From an uncultured delta proteobacterium (GTDB lineage: Bacteria; Desulfobacterota; Desulfuromonadia; Geobacterales; DSM-12255): 64,000 bases of DNA. Under the pieces are notes generated by a model. It ran no database searches. It was not told the DNA's origin and saw only the letters and a program-made list of their open reading frames with translations. The DNA lies in assembly GCA_963787125.1 (NCBI GenBank), contig CAWBBV010000001.1, forward strand, positions 288,001 to 352,000. Reading direction: 5' to 3'. Positions 33,476 through 44,140 of this stretch are shown here, piece by piece; positions within the stretch are counted from its first letter, which is position 1; each line of letters opens with the position of its first letter. Position numbers and translations under genes: made by a program.

Positions 33476-35350
33476 ATGGTTGAATACGACAAGCATTATG
33501 ATGTTATTGTTGCCGGAGCCGGCCATGCTGGCTGTGAAGCTGCTTTAGCTGCAGCTCGCATGGGGTGCAGAGTGCTTCTGCTGACAATTAATTTAGATGC
33601 CATAGCCCTTATGTCGTGTAATCCCGCAATCGGCGGTCAGGCAAAAGGTCATATAGTAAAAGAGATTGACGCTCTCGGTGGGGAGATGGGTAAAAACATC
33701 GACGCCACAGGCATTCAGTTTAGAATACTGAATATGCGTAAAGGTCCAGCAGTCAGGGCTTCAAGGGCACAGGCCGATAAGCAGCTATACCGGTTGAGAA
33801 TGAAGAGAATCCTTGAAAATCAGAACAATCTTGACCTGAAACAAGGCGAAGTTACAAGGCTTGTCATTGTAAGTGGAGTGGTTGTTGGTGTGGAAACACG
33901 GGGTGGGGTGCTGTTCAGTGGTAAAACAGTTATTCTGACAACTGGAACATTTATGCGAGGATTGATCCATATAGGGCTAACCAACTATCCCGGCGGTCGT
34001 GCAGGGGATCTTCCCTCTATCGGCCTTTCTGATAATCTTCGGGAGATCGGCTTCGAGATTGGCCGCCTGAAGACAGGGACTCCTGCAAGATTGGACGGGC
34101 GAACTATCGATTTTAGCAGGCTTGAGCCACAGTCCGGCGACGATCCACCCGTGCCATTTTCATTTACAACCACTTCGATAACGAATCGTCAGGTGCCTTG
34201 CTATATAGCTTATACAAATCCCAGAAGTCATGAAATCATCAGGTCAGGTCTCGATCGCTCTCCTCTGTACTCAGGCATCATAGAGGGGGTCGGTCCGCGC
34301 TACTGTCCATCTATAGAGGATAAGGTTGTTAGATTCCCTGATAAGGAGAGGCATCAAACCTTTCTCGAGCCGGAAGGTCTGGATACAGTCGAATACTACC
34401 CTTCCGGGCTTTCAACATCTTTACCGATCGACATACAGTGGGCGTTTTATAAGAGTATAGAAGGACTTGAGCAGGTCGAGATTATGCGTCCGGCATACGC
34501 AATCGAATATGATTACGCCGACCCGATCCAGCTTAATGCCTCTCTGGAAACTAAAATTATAAAGAATCTTTATCATGCGGGTCAGATAAATGGCACATCT
34601 GGATACGAAGAGGCCGCTGGACAGGGCCTAATAGCAGGAATCAACGCGGCCCTGAGGGTAAAGGGAAGGGAGCCGGTAATACTTGGTCGAGGCGTAGCAT
34701 ATATCGGCGTGATGATTGACGACCTTGTGACGCTGGGGACAAAGGAGCCTTACCGGATGTTCACATCACGTGCTGAATACCGTTTGCTGTTGCGCGAGGA
34801 CAATGCAGACCTTAGGCTGAGAGAGCTAGGGTATTCACTTGGACTTGTGTCTGAAAAAGAATATAGCCATTTTCTCCATAAGAAGGAAGAGATTGCCGCG
34901 CAGCTGGTCAAAATTAAAAGTTCAAAACTGTTATTGTCAGAAGGTAATCCGGAGTTTTTAGCTCAGTTCAGTCTGGAAGAGATTAAAAATTCTGTTACCT
35001 ATGAGCAGCTATTGAGGAGACCTGATATTACTTATGCGGAGTTAGCGAGGCTTGATGCTACCCTTGGGGGCGTTGCGAAGGATGTCAGCGAACAAGTTGA
35101 AATTCAGGTCAAATATAAAGGTTATATCGATAGACAACTGGAGCACGTGAAAAGAATGGAGCGGATGGAGAATGCGCGGATACCGTCTGATTTTGATTAC
35201 ATAAATGTTGCCGGTATTACGGCAGAAGTGCGGGAAAAGCTGACTCGCTTTAAGCCTGGCACGCTTGGTCAGGCTTCGAGGATATCGGGTGTGACACCGG
35301 CTGCAGTGGCGATTCTGTCTATTGCATTAAAAGCGCACGGCCAAAAATGA
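33476..35350 (+). CDS. mnmG: tRNA uridine 5-carboxymethylaminomethyl modification enzyme MnmG (GidA)
   Basis: GAGHAGCEAA, MSCNPAIGG, GPRYCPSIEDK; AGGAG RBS before ATG 33476. Confidence 0.97.
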   Translation: MVEYDKHYDVIVAGAGHAGCEAALAAARMGCRVLLLTINLDAIALMSCNPAIGGQAKGHIVKEIDALGGEMGKNIDATGIQFRILNMRKGPAVRASRAQADKQLYRLRMKRILENQNNLDLKQGEVTRLVIVSGVVVGVETRGGVLFSGKTVILTTGTFMRGLIHIGLTNYPGGRAGDLPSIGLSDNLREIGFEIGRLKTGTPARLDGRTIDFSRLEPQSGDDPPVPFSFTTTSITNRQVPCYIAYTNPRSHEIIRSGLDRSPLYSGIIEGVGPRYCPSIEDKVVRFPDKERHQTFLEPEGLDTVEYYPSGLSTSLPIDIQWAFYKSIEGLEQVEIMRPAYAIEYDYADPIQLNASLETKIIKNLYHAGQINGTSGYEEAAGQGLIAGINAALRVKGREPVILGRGVAYIGVMIDDLVTLGTKEPYRMFTSRAEYRLLLREDNADLRLRELGYSLGLVSEKEYSHFLHKKEEIAAQLVKIKSSKLLLSEGNPEFLAQFSLEEIKNSVTYEQLLRRPDITYAELARLDATLGGVAKDVSEQVEIQVKYKGYIDRQLEHVKRMERMENARIPSDFDYINVAGITAEVREKLTRFKPGTLGQASRISGVTPAAVAILSIALKAHGQK

Positions 35351-35997
35351 CAACAATGGAAAATTATCTGTTTAAAGGTGTAAGCGAGTTAGGAGTTGTC
35401 CTGACCAGGCAACAGTTTGACAGCTTCGCTACACTGGCCGGTGAGTTATGTAAGTGGAACCGTAAAATTAACCTGACGACAATCATTACGCCAGAAGAGA
35501 TAGCAATAAAACATTTCACTGATTCACTTGCGCTTGGTAAGTATCTTGATTTGGATGGCAAGCTTCTGGATATCGGTTCGGGTGCTGGTTTCCCTGCAAT
35601 TCCGCTCAAAATAGCATTTCCCTGGCTTGATGTAGTAACAGTTGATGCTGTAGAAAAGAAAATACTTTTTCAGAGACATATTGCACGCCAATTAGGGTTT
35701 GATAAGTTCACTGCCGTCCACTGTAGAGCCGAGAGTTTGCCCAATAATTATCATGGCTGTTTCAATCGTATTGTCTCAAGAGCTTTTTCAGAATTATCAG
35801 AATTTGTTAAATACGCTTTACCTCTTCTTGACGACACAGGAATCATAGTTGCCATGAAGGGCAAAGATGGAAAAAAAGAGGCTGACGATTCAGCCGAAGC
35901 GCTAAAAAAATTGGGGGCGTATATTGAGGCGATTCATGAATTCGAACTGCCACTATTTAAGGATGCTCGATCGTTGATAATTATCAGGAGAAAATAA
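35347..35997 (+). CDS. rsmG: 16S rRNA m7G527 methyltransferase RsmG (GidB)
   Basis: WNRKINLT, HFTDS, DIGSGAGFP, SRAF; ATGA overlap with mnmG. Confidence 0.95.
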   Translation: MTTMENYLFKGVSELGVVLTRQQFDSFATLAGELCKWNRKINLTTIITPEEIAIKHFTDSLALGKYLDLDGKLLDIGSGAGFPAIPLKIAFPWLDVVTVDAVEKKILFQRHIARQLGFDKFTAVHCRAESLPNNYHGCFNRIVSRAFSELSEFVKYALPLLDDTGIIVAMKGKDGKKEADDSAEALKKLGAYIEAIHEFELPLFKDARSLIIIRRK

Positions 35998-36203
35998 AAA
36001 AGAACCTATTGCCGCAATTTGATCCAAATTCTGGCGCTATCGAAGCCGCGTCAAAAAACAATGGTAATGTGAGCGCAGTCGGCTAAAGTTGAATTCTCGG
36101 TCATTTTGAAGCGCCGAATCTCAGCTCAAACTTTAAATAAAAAAGCCCATTTTAATAACTGCCCAGTGGTGATAGAATTTAAAACAGTTAAAGGAGTGAT
36201 GCT

Positions 36204-36932
36204 ATGCGCTACGTAAAAATCCTGTTCGTTTTAATTCTAGGAGTATCACAGTTGACGGGCTGTACAGCATACAAGAGTCAGTACGTTTCATTCAGGCCGC
36301 CTGAAGCTTATGCCAATAAGCAGGAGGTTGGCGGGATTTCTATCGGAGCCGAAGCATATGTCAATAAAGACAGCGCAACAGAAGCTTTTGGTTTTGATAT
36401 AATCGAGACCGGGCTTCTGCCCGTGCAGATTGTTATGAATAATCAAAGCGGTAAAACTCTGCAGATAGTAACGGAACAAACTTTTATGATTGATTCACAT
36501 GACCGGTACTGGCAGGTGGTGCCCAATAATGTAGTCGTGGAGAGAGTAGAAAAGTCGACCCAGTTGGCCGCTCTCGGAAAAGGCGCTGTCAAGGGTGGCT
36601 TTTGGGGTGCGGCAGGTGGGGCTGTTCTTGGTGCTGCCTTAGGGATTGTTGCTGGCGAGAACGTCGGGAATGCAATGGGTAGAGGTGCAGCTCTGGGTGG
36701 AGCGGTTGGCGCAGTTATCGGAACAGGGAAAGAAGCGGGGTCCAATGATCGCCAGATCAGTATCGTAAGTGATATTCGCTCAAAGGGACTTGAAAACAAA
36801 ACTATCCCCAGGGATCACCTTGCTAACGGCTTCATCTACTTTCCGGGAGAGGCTAAAAGTGCTAAAGCAATTAAATTGCAGCTAATAGAGCACGAGAGCG
36901 GGAAAGTTCATAATGTCACGCTTTACTTATGA
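36204..36932 (+). CDS. Glycine-zipper lipoprotein
   Basis: Lipobox [17 protein letters not shown]...[13 protein letters not shown] zipper; AAGGAG RBS. Confidence 0.8.
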   Translation: MRYVKILFVLILGVSQLTGCTAYKSQYVSFRPPEAYANKQEVGGISIGAEAYVNKDSATEAFGFDIIETGLLPVQIVMNNQSGKTLQIVTEQTFMIDSHDRYWQVVPNNVVVERVEKSTQLAALGKGAVKGGFWGAAGGAVLGAALGIVAGENVGNAMGRGAALGGAVGAVIGTGKEAGSNDRQISIVSDIRSKGLENKTIPRDHLANGFIYFPGEAKSAKAIKLQLIEHESGKVHNVTLYL

Positions 36933-36946
36933 TAAACGGGAGAGTT

Positions 36947-37900
36947 ATGGACGCTAAAAAAGGTGTACTGCTTCTCCAGATGGGTGGGCCTGACTCTCTG
37001 GAGGCGGTTGAGCCGTTTTTATTAAATCTGTTCTCAGACAGGGAGATAATAAAGATAGGTCCTGCCTGGTTACAGCCGATAATTGCGAGATTGATCGTTA
37101 TGAGAAGAAAATCTCATGTCGAGGAGAATTATAAACTGATCGGTGGTAAATCCCCGTTACGTGAGCTTACGGAGGCCCAGTCCAGGAGTCTGGAAAAGGC
37201 ACTAGGTGAGGAGTATATCTGTTTTGTGGCCATGCGCTATTGGCGGCCGTCGACGCTTGAAGCTCTGGCAAATATAAGAAGGGCCGGAATAAGTGATATA
37301 ACGGTAATTTCCCTATACCCTCACTATTCGCGGGCAACAACTGGCTCAAGTATAAAAGAAGTTAAAAGGGTACTGGCGGAGTCTAAAGCAGAATTCAACG
37401 TCAGGTACGTGGAAAGTTTCTATAATAATACTGGATACATAGACGCTCTTGCTGAGAAAATAAAAGAAGGTTTGGAGGCTTTTCATCCGCTTGCAGATGT
37501 GGAGCTGCTGTTCTCGGCGCACTCATTACCACAGTCATTCATTGACCAAGGCGATCCGTATCTTGCGCAGATAGAAGAGAGCGTCCGACTAGTGATGGAG
37601 CGGTTCAGTATACCGCATCACCTGTCATTTCAGTCCAGAGCCGGTCCGGTAAAGTGGTTGGAACCATCAACAGATGACATGCTTAAAAAACTTGCCGCAA
37701 GTGGAGTCAAAAATCTGCTCGTAATTCCCCTCTCCTTTGTTTCAGATCACATTGAAACTCTCCATGAGATAGATATGGAATATTCGAAAAAAGCGTGGGA
37801 ACTTGGCATTGCAAAGTTCGAAAGGATGCCGTCACTTAACTGTTCTCCGACATTCATCAAGTCTCTGGCTGAACTGGTAAGAGCGGCGAATGGCGAGTGA
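36947..37900 (+). CDS. hemH: Ferrochelatase
   Basis: [25 protein letters not shown] and DHIETL motifs. Confidence 0.95.
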   Translation: MDAKKGVLLLQMGGPDSLEAVEPFLLNLFSDREIIKIGPAWLQPIIARLIVMRRKSHVEENYKLIGGKSPLRELTEAQSRSLEKALGEEYICFVAMRYWRPSTLEALANIRRAGISDITVISLYPHYSRATTGSSIKEVKRVLAESKAEFNVRYVESFYNNTGYIDALAEKIKEGLEAFHPLADVELLFSAHSLPQSFIDQGDPYLAQIEESVRLVMERFSIPHHLSFQSRAGPVKWLEPSTDDMLKKLAASGVKNLLVIPLSFVSDHIETLHEIDMEYSKKAWELGIAKFERMPSLNCSPTFIKSLAELVRAANGE

Positions 37901-38081
37901 CGAAAAGCAGTGTTCCTTATGCGGAAAGCTTAAAAACAATGGTGAAATAAAATCTATCTTTGCCACAGCAGGAGAGTGGTTGGCTGAAGATACCTGGAAT
38001 GATTGCGGAGAGCTATGTAATCAGTGTCTGGAGAACAGAGGCAGGCTGGCCATGATGTATATGCACGATAAAAACCGCTAA
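37890..38081 (+). CDS. Small putative zinc-binding protein (63 aa)
   Basis: CSLC...CGELCNQC; overlaps hemH stop and fills the gap to nadA. Confidence 0.6.
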   Translation: MASDEKQCSLCGKLKNNGEIKSIFATAGEWLAEDTWNDCGELCNQCLENRGRLAMMYMHDKNR

Positions 38082-38082
38082 A

Positions 38083-38994
38083 TCAATCTCGTGGCACCGC
38101 TAACATCCGCTCAAGCGCCATGACGGCCTTAATTCTTACACTCTCTTCGACTTTTACAACTGGTGCCATTGTTTGCAGCGAAAGAAGTATATCCTCGAGA
38201 GAAGTTAATTTCATGTTTGGACAGACAAGAGCCGGTGAAGCAAGGATAAAATCTTTCTCGGGATTTTCAGCTCTCAGTCGATAAAGTATTCCCGCCTCAG
38301 TCCCTATGATAAACCGTCTTGCTGAGCTAGCCCGGCAATAGTCGTACATCCCGGACGTCGAACAAGCGTGGTCAGCCAGAGCGGTTACGGCAGGATTGCA
38401 CTCCGGATGACAGATGAAAAGAGCATCAGGATGATGCAGTTTTAGCTTGGCAACAATTTCAGGTTTAAGCCTTTCATGAGTAGGGCAGTAGCCATTCCAA
38501 AGATGAAATTTCTTGTCACTGAACTGCGAAACGTAATGACCGAGATTTCGATCCGGGGTGAATATTATCTCTTTGTCCGGGAGTGAGTTGACAACTTTGA
38601 GAGCATTTGCAGAGGTGCAGCAGATATCGCTTTCAGCTTTTACAGCGGCAGAAGAGTTCACATAAGTCACAACAGGAATACCTGGGTGCTCTGCCTTGAA
38701 CTTAGCGAGATCTTCGGCAGTGATCATATCAGCCATGGGACAGCCAGCGTCGAGGCGGGGGATAAGGACGGTCTTTTCAGGCGAGAGAATCGCCGCGGAC
38801 TCGGCCATGAAATGAACGCCACAAAAAACAATGACAGCGGCAGAAGTCTTGGCAGCTTCCATAGAAAGAGCCAAGGAGTCACCGGTGATATCGGCAATCT
38901 CCTGGATTTCATCGCGCATATAATTATGCGCCAGGAGAACTGCATTGCGTTCCTTAAGTAGAGCCCTGATTGACTGTTTAATTTCAGTCTGCAT
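38083..38994 (-). CDS. nadA: Quinolinate synthase
   Basis: [30 protein letters not shown] and CPNMK motifs. Confidence 0.96.
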   Translation of the reverse strand: MQTEIKQSIRALLKERNAVLLAHNYMRDEIQEIADITGDSLALSMEAAKTSAAVIVFCGVHFMAESAAILSPEKTVLIPRLDAGCPMADMITAEDLAKFKAEHPGIPVVTYVNSSAAVKAESDICCTSANALKVVNSLPDKEIIFTPDRNLGHYVSQFSDKKFHLWNGYCPTHERLKPEIVAKLKLHHPDALFICHPECNPAVTALADHACSTSGMYDYCRASSARRFIIGTEAGILYRLRAENPEKDFILASPALVCPNMKLTSLEDILLSLQTMAPVVKVEESVRIKAVMALERMLAVPRD

Positions 38995-39032
38995 GATAGT
39001 AGTACTCCCGGATGGCGTGAATGTTAAGGGAG

Positions 39033-39061
39033 ATAGTAGTCAATGTTGACATTACTGTCAA
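39033..39061 (-). promoter_or_regulatory. Sigma70 promoter of nadA
   Basis: Minus strand TTGACA-17 nt-TACTAT. Confidence 0.7.
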
Positions 39062-39124
39062 ACCCTTTGCCACCTGAAACAAAGAAGAGCTTGATACTGT
39101 ACAGGCATTTATTTTACTAACTCC

Positions 39125-39154
39125 TTGACAAAGAAGGCAGGCAGTTATTACTTT
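39125..39154 (+). promoter_or_regulatory. Promoter of the hrcA operon
   Basis: TTGACA 39125-39130, 18 nt spacer, TACTTT; immediately upstream of CIRCE. Confidence 0.6.
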
Positions 39155-39161
39155 AATACTG

Positions 39162-39188
39162 TTAGCACTCAGCCTTCCGGAGTGCTAA
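39162..39188. promoter_or_regulatory. CIRCE operator (HrcA binding site)
   Basis: Perfect TTAGCACTC-N9-GAGTGCTAA upstream of hrcA. Confidence 0.97.
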
Positions 39189-39210
39189 TTTTTTTGACAC
39201 GGAGTCATTC

Positions 39211-40242
39211 ATGCAGGGAGCTATGAATATCAGGAGCCGGCAGATCCTCGAAGCTATTATCGAGGATTACATCTGTACTGCCGAACCTATCGGCAGCAGC
39301 GCGATTCGCAGCCGCCACGGCATGTCGCTTTCTACGGCTACAATTCGCACAGTCATGGCAGATCTTGAGGAGATGGGCTTTCTTGCCTCGCCACACACTT
39401 CTGCCGGGCGTATTCCGACCGATAAGGCATACCGTTTTTATGTAGATTCACTGCTTGCAGTCGGGGCGGTCGACCGGAGTGAAAAAGAAGAGATTCGCCG
39501 CCGCTGTTGTGTTGGTGGCAGAGATGTAGAGGGTGTCTTTCGTGAAATAAGCCAGATGCTTTCGTCAGTTTCTCATTATATGGGCATAGTTGCTGCCCCA
39601 AGATTTAATGCAAATCTTTTTCGGCAGATAGACTTCATCTGTCTTGGCCCACGCAAGGTCCTGGCCATTCTTGTTTCCCAGAGCGGTTCGGTGCAAAATC
39701 GGATAATTGAACCTAAAGAGGATATTTCTGCTGATGAACTGCTGAAGATGGCGAACTATCTTAACAGTATTCTGCAGGGATTAACTATCTCTGCGGTGAG
39801 GAGCCGAATTCTCGAAGAGATGGAGAGTGAGAAAATCCGCTACGACAATCTGCTGGCCAACGCGCTAAAGCTGTCCCAGCAGGCGCTTGATGAAGGCGGA
39901 GCAGAGCTCTTTATTGAAGGTCAGGCAAATATACTTGATTTTCCAGAATTTGCAGACGCACAGCGGCTGCGAGAAATCTTCAGGGCTATGGAGCAAAAGA
40001 GCCAACTGTTGGCTCTTCTCGACAACTGCATTAAAGCTCCGGGAGTGAATATTTTTATAGGCTCGGAATCACGTCTCAACAATATGTCGGGGATGAGCCT
40101 GATTACCTCAACCTATGTGTCCGGGAAAAATACGCTGGGTGTGCTGGGTGTTATCGGGCCTACGAGAATGGGATACGGGAAGGTGATTCCGATAGTCGAC
40201 TATACAGCCAAGATGCTTACCAGGTTATTGAACTTTGAATGA
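39211..40242 (+). CDS. hrcA: Heat-inducible transcription repressor HrcA
   Basis: PHTSAGRIPTDKAYRFYVD and GVIGPTRM; start may be 39223. Confidence 0.96.
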   Translation: MQGAMNIRSRQILEAIIEDYICTAEPIGSSAIRSRHGMSLSTATIRTVMADLEEMGFLASPHTSAGRIPTDKAYRFYVDSLLAVGAVDRSEKEEIRRRCCVGGRDVEGVFREISQMLSSVSHYMGIVAAPRFNANLFRQIDFICLGPRKVLAILVSQSGSVQNRIIEPKEDISADELLKMANYLNSILQGLTISAVRSRILEEMESEKIRYDNLLANALKLSQQALDEGGAELFIEGQANILDFPEFADAQRLREIFRAMEQKSQLLALLDNCIKAPGVNIFIGSESRLNNMSGMSLITSTYVSGKNTLGVLGVIGPTRMGYGKVIPIVDYTAKMLTRLLNFE

Positions 40243-40332
40243 AGCTGTTAATGCCACAAACTGTCAGCTTGAGTTTAAAGGTGAATGTCAGAGCTTTAAA
40301 CTTGATCAACATTAATAAGGAGTAGAAAAATC

Positions 40333-40884
40333 GTGAAAAAAAAGAGCCATCAAACTGCTGAAGAAAGTGAGCAGGTAGAGAGTCCGGTTGCTGAAGAAGT
40401 TGAAGTAATTGATCCATTGGTTGAAATCAGGGCGCAACTTGCCGTCAAGGAAGCCGAAGCCGCCGCCAACTGGGATAAGTTTGTTCGTGAACGGGCAGAT
40501 CTGGAGAACTACCGTAAACGCACTCAGCGCGAAAAAGAAGAGTTGCTCAAATACGGTAACGAAACGTTGCTGATGGAGATACTTCCGGCAGTGGATAATA
40601 TGGAACGTGCGCTTGAGCACCTTGATTCCGAGAGCAAGGATTCGGTTCTTGTCGGTGTAAGGATGACACTTGATATGCTCGTCGCAGCGCTGAAGAAGTT
40701 TGGTGTGACACCGGTAACAGTGGAAAAAGGGGGGGCATTCGATTCAGCTCTCCATCAGGCGATGGGGCAGGTAGCCTCTGAATTTCCAGTTAACAGTATT
40801 GCTGAGGTTTTCCAGAAAGGGTACCTCCTTAACGAAAGGCTGCTCAGGCCGGCTATGGTTATGGTCTCAAAGGGGATTGAATAG
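40333..40884 (+). CDS. grpE: Nucleotide exchange factor GrpE
   Basis: ADLENYRKR and QKGYLLNERLLRPAMV; AAGGAG RBS with GTG start. Confidence 0.96.
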   Translation: MKKKSHQTAEESEQVESPVAEEVEVIDPLVEIRAQLAVKEAEAAANWDKFVRERADLENYRKRTQREKEELLKYGNETLLMEILPAVDNMERALEHLDSESKDSVLVGVRMTLDMLVAALKKFGVTPVTVEKGGAFDSALHQAMGQVASEFPVNSIAEVFQKGYLLNERLLRPAMVMVSKGIE

Positions 40885-40962
40885 GTTTTTTTACAAAGAA
40901 CCCTTGAATTTTCAAAAATCAATTACTACGTTTCATGTAGAACTAATTAACAGGAGGAAGCA

Positions 40963-42891
40963 ATGAGTAAAGTTATAGGAATAGATCTCGGAACCACCAA
41001 TTCATGCGTGGCAATTATGGAAGGTGGTGAGCCGATTGTCATAGCAAACGCCGAAGGAAGCCGGACTACGCCGTCTATGATCGCCATTACAGAAAGCGGG
41101 GAGCGACTTGTTGGGCAGCAGGCCAAGCGTCAGGCCGTAACCAATCCTGAGAATACACTTTTTGCTATTAAGCGGCTGATCGGCCGAAAGTTTGATACAG
41201 ATGCAGTGCGTAAAGACATTAAAATCTCACCGTTCAAGATCGTCAAGGCTGACAATGATGATGCCTGGGTCGATGTCCGCGGCAAGAAGTACTCCCCGCC
41301 GGAAATTTCAGCAATGGTGCTGCAGAAGATGAAAAAAACCGCCGAGGATTATCTCGGTGAAGAGGTTACCGATGCAGTTATCACTGTTCCGGCGTACTTC
41401 GACGATTCACAGCGCCAGGCAACCAAGGATGCAGGCCGGATCGCAGGCTTGAATGTGCTCAGGATCATCAACGAGCCGACTGCTGCAGCCCTTGCCTACG
41501 GCCTTGACAAGAAACATGACGAAAAAATTGCGGTATTCGACCTTGGCGGCGGTACGTTCGATGTTTCAATCCTCGAACTCGGTGACGGTGTCTTTGAAGT
41601 CAAGTCAACTAACGGCGATACGTTTCTTGGTGGTGAGGATTTTGACCAGGTAATCATCGACTGGATTGCGGACGAATTCAAAAAAGATCAGGGCATTGAC
41701 CTCAGAAGTGATAAAATGGCGCTCCAGAGGCTGAAAGAGGCAGCAGAAAAGGCTAAATGCGAGCTTTCAACATCCATGGAGACCGATATTAACCTGCCGT
41801 TTATAACTGCAGATGCGTCAGGTCCAAAGCATATGAACCTGAAGTTTTCCCGGGCAAAGCTGGAGGCACTCTGTGAAGAACTGATAGCCAAGCTTGAGGG
41901 CCCGTGCCGGACTGCACTCAAGGATGCAGGCTTGTCAGCGTCGGAAATAAATGAGGTTATTCTGGTTGGTGGTATGACCCGTATGCCGGCTGTGCAGAAG
42001 CGAGTTCAGGATATATTCGGTAAAGTTCCCAACCGCAGTGTGAACCCTGACGAAGTTGTTGCTATCGGCGCCGGAATTCAGGGCGGTGTCCTCAAAGGCG
42101 ATGTAAAAGACGTCCTTCTGCTTGATGTAACCCCGCTGTCCCTCGGTATTGAAACCCTTGGCAGTGTTATGACCAAACTTATTGAAAAAAACAGTACAAT
42201 TCCGTGCCGAAAATCGCAAACGTTCTCGACCGCAGCCGATAATCAGCCGGCTGTAAGCATTCATGTCCTTCAGGGTGAGCGGGAGATGGCTTCTGATAAC
42301 AAGACTCTCGGCAATTTCGAGCTTGGCGGGATTCCTTCTGCGCCAAGAGGGGTGCCACAGATAGAAGTTACCTTTGACATTGATGCCAATGGTATTGTAC
42401 ATGTTTCAGCCAAGGATCTTGGCACCGGCAAGGAGCATTCGATCCGTATCACTGCTTCTTCCGGGCTCTCAAAGGAAGAGATCGACAAGATGGTGAGAGA
42501 TGCCGAAGCGCACTCCTCTGAAGACAAGAAGAAGCGTGAGCTGATTGAGGCAAAGAATCATGCCGACAGTACCGTGTATCAGACAGAAAAATCGCTGAAA
42601 GAGTTCGGTGATAAAATCGACGCCGCAGAAAAACAGAAGATTGAAGAGAAGCTGGCCGAGTTGAAGAAGACGATGGAAGGAAGCGATCCGGAAGCAATGA
42701 AAAAAGCCGGTGATGAGCTTCAGCAGGCATCGCACAAGCTGGCAGAAGCAGTTTATGCTCAGGCGCAGCAAGCCGGTGCAGGTGGCGAGGGAGAGCATTG
42801 CGGTGCCGGCTGTGCCGATGAGAAGTGCGCCAAGCCGGATAACGTTGTTGACGCAGATTTTGAAGAGGTCAAGGACGACAAGAAGAAGTAA
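40963..42891 (+). CDS. dnaK: Chaperone DnaK
   Basis: [17 protein letters not shown] and NEPTAAA motifs. Confidence 0.98.
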   Translation: MSKVIGIDLGTTNSCVAIMEGGEPIVIANAEGSRTTPSMIAITESGERLVGQQAKRQAVTNPENTLFAIKRLIGRKFDTDAVRKDIKISPFKIVKADNDDAWVDVRGKKYSPPEISAMVLQKMKKTAEDYLGEEVTDAVITVPAYFDDSQRQATKDAGRIAGLNVLRIINEPTAAALAYGLDKKHDEKIAVFDLGGGTFDVSILELGDGVFEVKSTNGDTFLGGEDFDQVIIDWIADEFKKDQGIDLRSDKMALQRLKEAAEKAKCELSTSMETDINLPFITADASGPKHMNLKFSRAKLEALCEELIAKLEGPCRTALKDAGLSASEINEVILVGGMTRMPAVQKRVQDIFGKVPNRSVNPDEVVAIGAGIQGGVLKGDVKDVLLLDVTPLSLGIETLGSVMTKLIEKNSTIPCRKSQTFSTAADNQPAVSIHVLQGEREMASDNKTLGNFELGGIPSAPRGVPQIEVTFDIDANGIVHVSAKDLGTGKEHSIRITASSGLSKEEIDKMVRDAEAHSSEDKKKRELIEAKNHADSTVYQTEKSLKEFGDKIDAAEKQKIEEKLAELKKTMEGSDPEAMKKAGDELQQASHKLAEAVYAQAQQAGAGGEGEHCGAGCADEKCAKPDNVVDADFEEVKDDKKK

Positions 42892-42915
42892 TTTCACTAA
42901 TAAACACCGAAAGTA

Positions 42916-42998
42916 TTTAGACCGCAAAGACGCCGGGAACGCCAGGAGATCCTTCGTAAGGAGATCTCTTGGCGCTCTTTGCGTCTTCGCGGTTTAGA
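42916..42998. repeat. Long imperfect palindrome (REP-like element) between dnaK and dnaJ
   Basis: accgcaaagacgc..cgccaggagatc cttcgtaag gagatctcttggcg..gcgtcttcgcggt folds as an ~80-nt stem. Confidence 0.75.
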
Positions 42999-43021
42999 TG
43001 TTTTACGAAAGGGATGATATT

Positions 43022-44140
43022 TTGGCTGAAAAGCGAGATTATTATGAAGTGCTCGGCATACACCGTAATGCGGCTGAAACCGAGATAAAAAAAGCGTTCA
43101 GGAAGATGGCAGTTCAGTATCATCCTGATAAAAACCCAGGCGACAAGGCCGCTGAGGAGAAGTTCAAGGAACTTTCCGAAGCATATGAAGTCCTTTCCGA
43201 TGGGCAGAAAAGAGCCCAGTATGATCAGTTCGGCCATGCCGGTCTCAGCGGTGCCGGTTTCTCCGGGGGCGGATTTGGTGGCGGTTCTCCTTTTGGTGAT
43301 ATTTTCGGCGATATTTTCGGCGATATCTTTGGCGGCGGAGGCGGTGCCAGGCAGCGGGGGCGGGGCACCAGGGGCGACGACCTTCAGTACAATATGGGGA
43401 TAAGTTTCGAGGAGTCGGCTGCAGGAACGGAAAAGAAAATCGATATCCCTTATGCAAAACGCTGTACAACCTGCAGCGGCAGCGGGGCAAAGCCGGGAAC
43501 AGAGCCCAAGACCTGCCCGACTTGCAAGGGAGCTGGCCAGGTTCGTTTTCAGCAGGGATTTTTCAGTGTCAGTAAGACCTGCGGCCAGTGTAATGGTGAA
43601 GGACGTGTTGTTGACAATCCCTGTTCTGACTGCCGCGGAACCGGCTCGGTTCGTGACAAAAAGAGCCTTAATGTAAAAGTACCGCCAGGTGTCGAAACAG
43701 GAGTAAGGCTGAAGATTTCCGGTGAAGGGGGGCAGGGGACGAAAGGTGGCGGCAACGGTGATCTTTACGTCTATCTTGAAGTAAAAGAGCACCCGATCTT
43801 CAAACGTGAAGGGAATGATGTCATCTGCGAGATACCGATCAGCTTTACCCAGGTGGCGCTTGGCTGCGAACTGGCTGTGCCGACTCTGGAAGGTAAAGTG
43901 TCAATGAAGATTCCCGAAGGGACTCAGACAGGCAAGATATTCCGCCTGCGCGGTAAGGGAATAGTATCTCTCCAGGGCTACGGTAAGGGAGATCAGCTTG
44001 TTGTTCTGAAGGTTGAGACTCCTGCAAACTTAAGCAGCAGGCAGAGGGAGCTTCTTGAAGAGTTTGCTCATTTGAGTGGGGAAAATGTCAACCCTCAACA
44101 TAAGAATTTCTTCGATAAGGTCAAGGAGATGTTTAGTTGA
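43022..44140 (+). CDS. dnaJ: Chaperone DnaJ
   Basis: HPD J-domain, G/F region with DIF repeats, four CxxCxGxG repeats; TTG start 43022. Confidence 0.97.
   Translation: MAEKRDYYEVLGIHRNAAETEIKKAFRKMAVQYHPDKNPGDKAAEEKFKELSEAYEVLSDGQKRAQYDQFGHAGLSGAGFSGGGFGGGSPFGDIFGDIFGDIFGGGGGARQRGRGTRGDDLQYNMGISFEESAAGTEKKIDIPYAKRCTTCSGSGAKPGTEPKTCPTCKGAGQVRFQQGFFSVSKTCGQCNGEGRVVDNPCSDCRGTGSVRDKKSLNVKVPPGVETGVRLKISGEGGQGTKGGGNGDLYVYLEVKEHPIFKREGNDVICEIPISFTQVALGCELAVPTLEGKVSMKIPEGTQTGKIFRLRGKGIVSLQGYGKGDQLVVLKVETPANLSSRQRELLEEFAHLSGENVNPQHKNFFDKVKEMFS

Noticed and set aside
40903..40930. CTTGAA as a sigma32-type -35 upstream of dnaK
   Set aside because: No convincing CCCCAT-like -10 at the expected spacing.
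40929..40944. parS-like sequence cgtttcatgtagaact upstream of dnaK
   Set aside because: Five mismatches to the 16-bp consensus.
42971..42990. GACGCAAAG on the minus strand as a possible c-di-GMP-I (GEMM) riboswitch core
   Set aside because: No P2 GNRA-loop stem or P1 context; it is one arm of the dnaK-dnaJ palindrome.
43294..43330. Triple 12-nt tandem repeat in dnaJ (GDIF x3)
   Set aside because: Normal DIF motifs of the DnaJ G/F region.
42917..43792. Long antisense ORFs (for example 291 aa opposite dnaJ, 278 aa opposite garK, 241 aa opposite rnj)
   Set aside because: Shadow ORFs of well-supported genes, caused by codon bias; no motifs.
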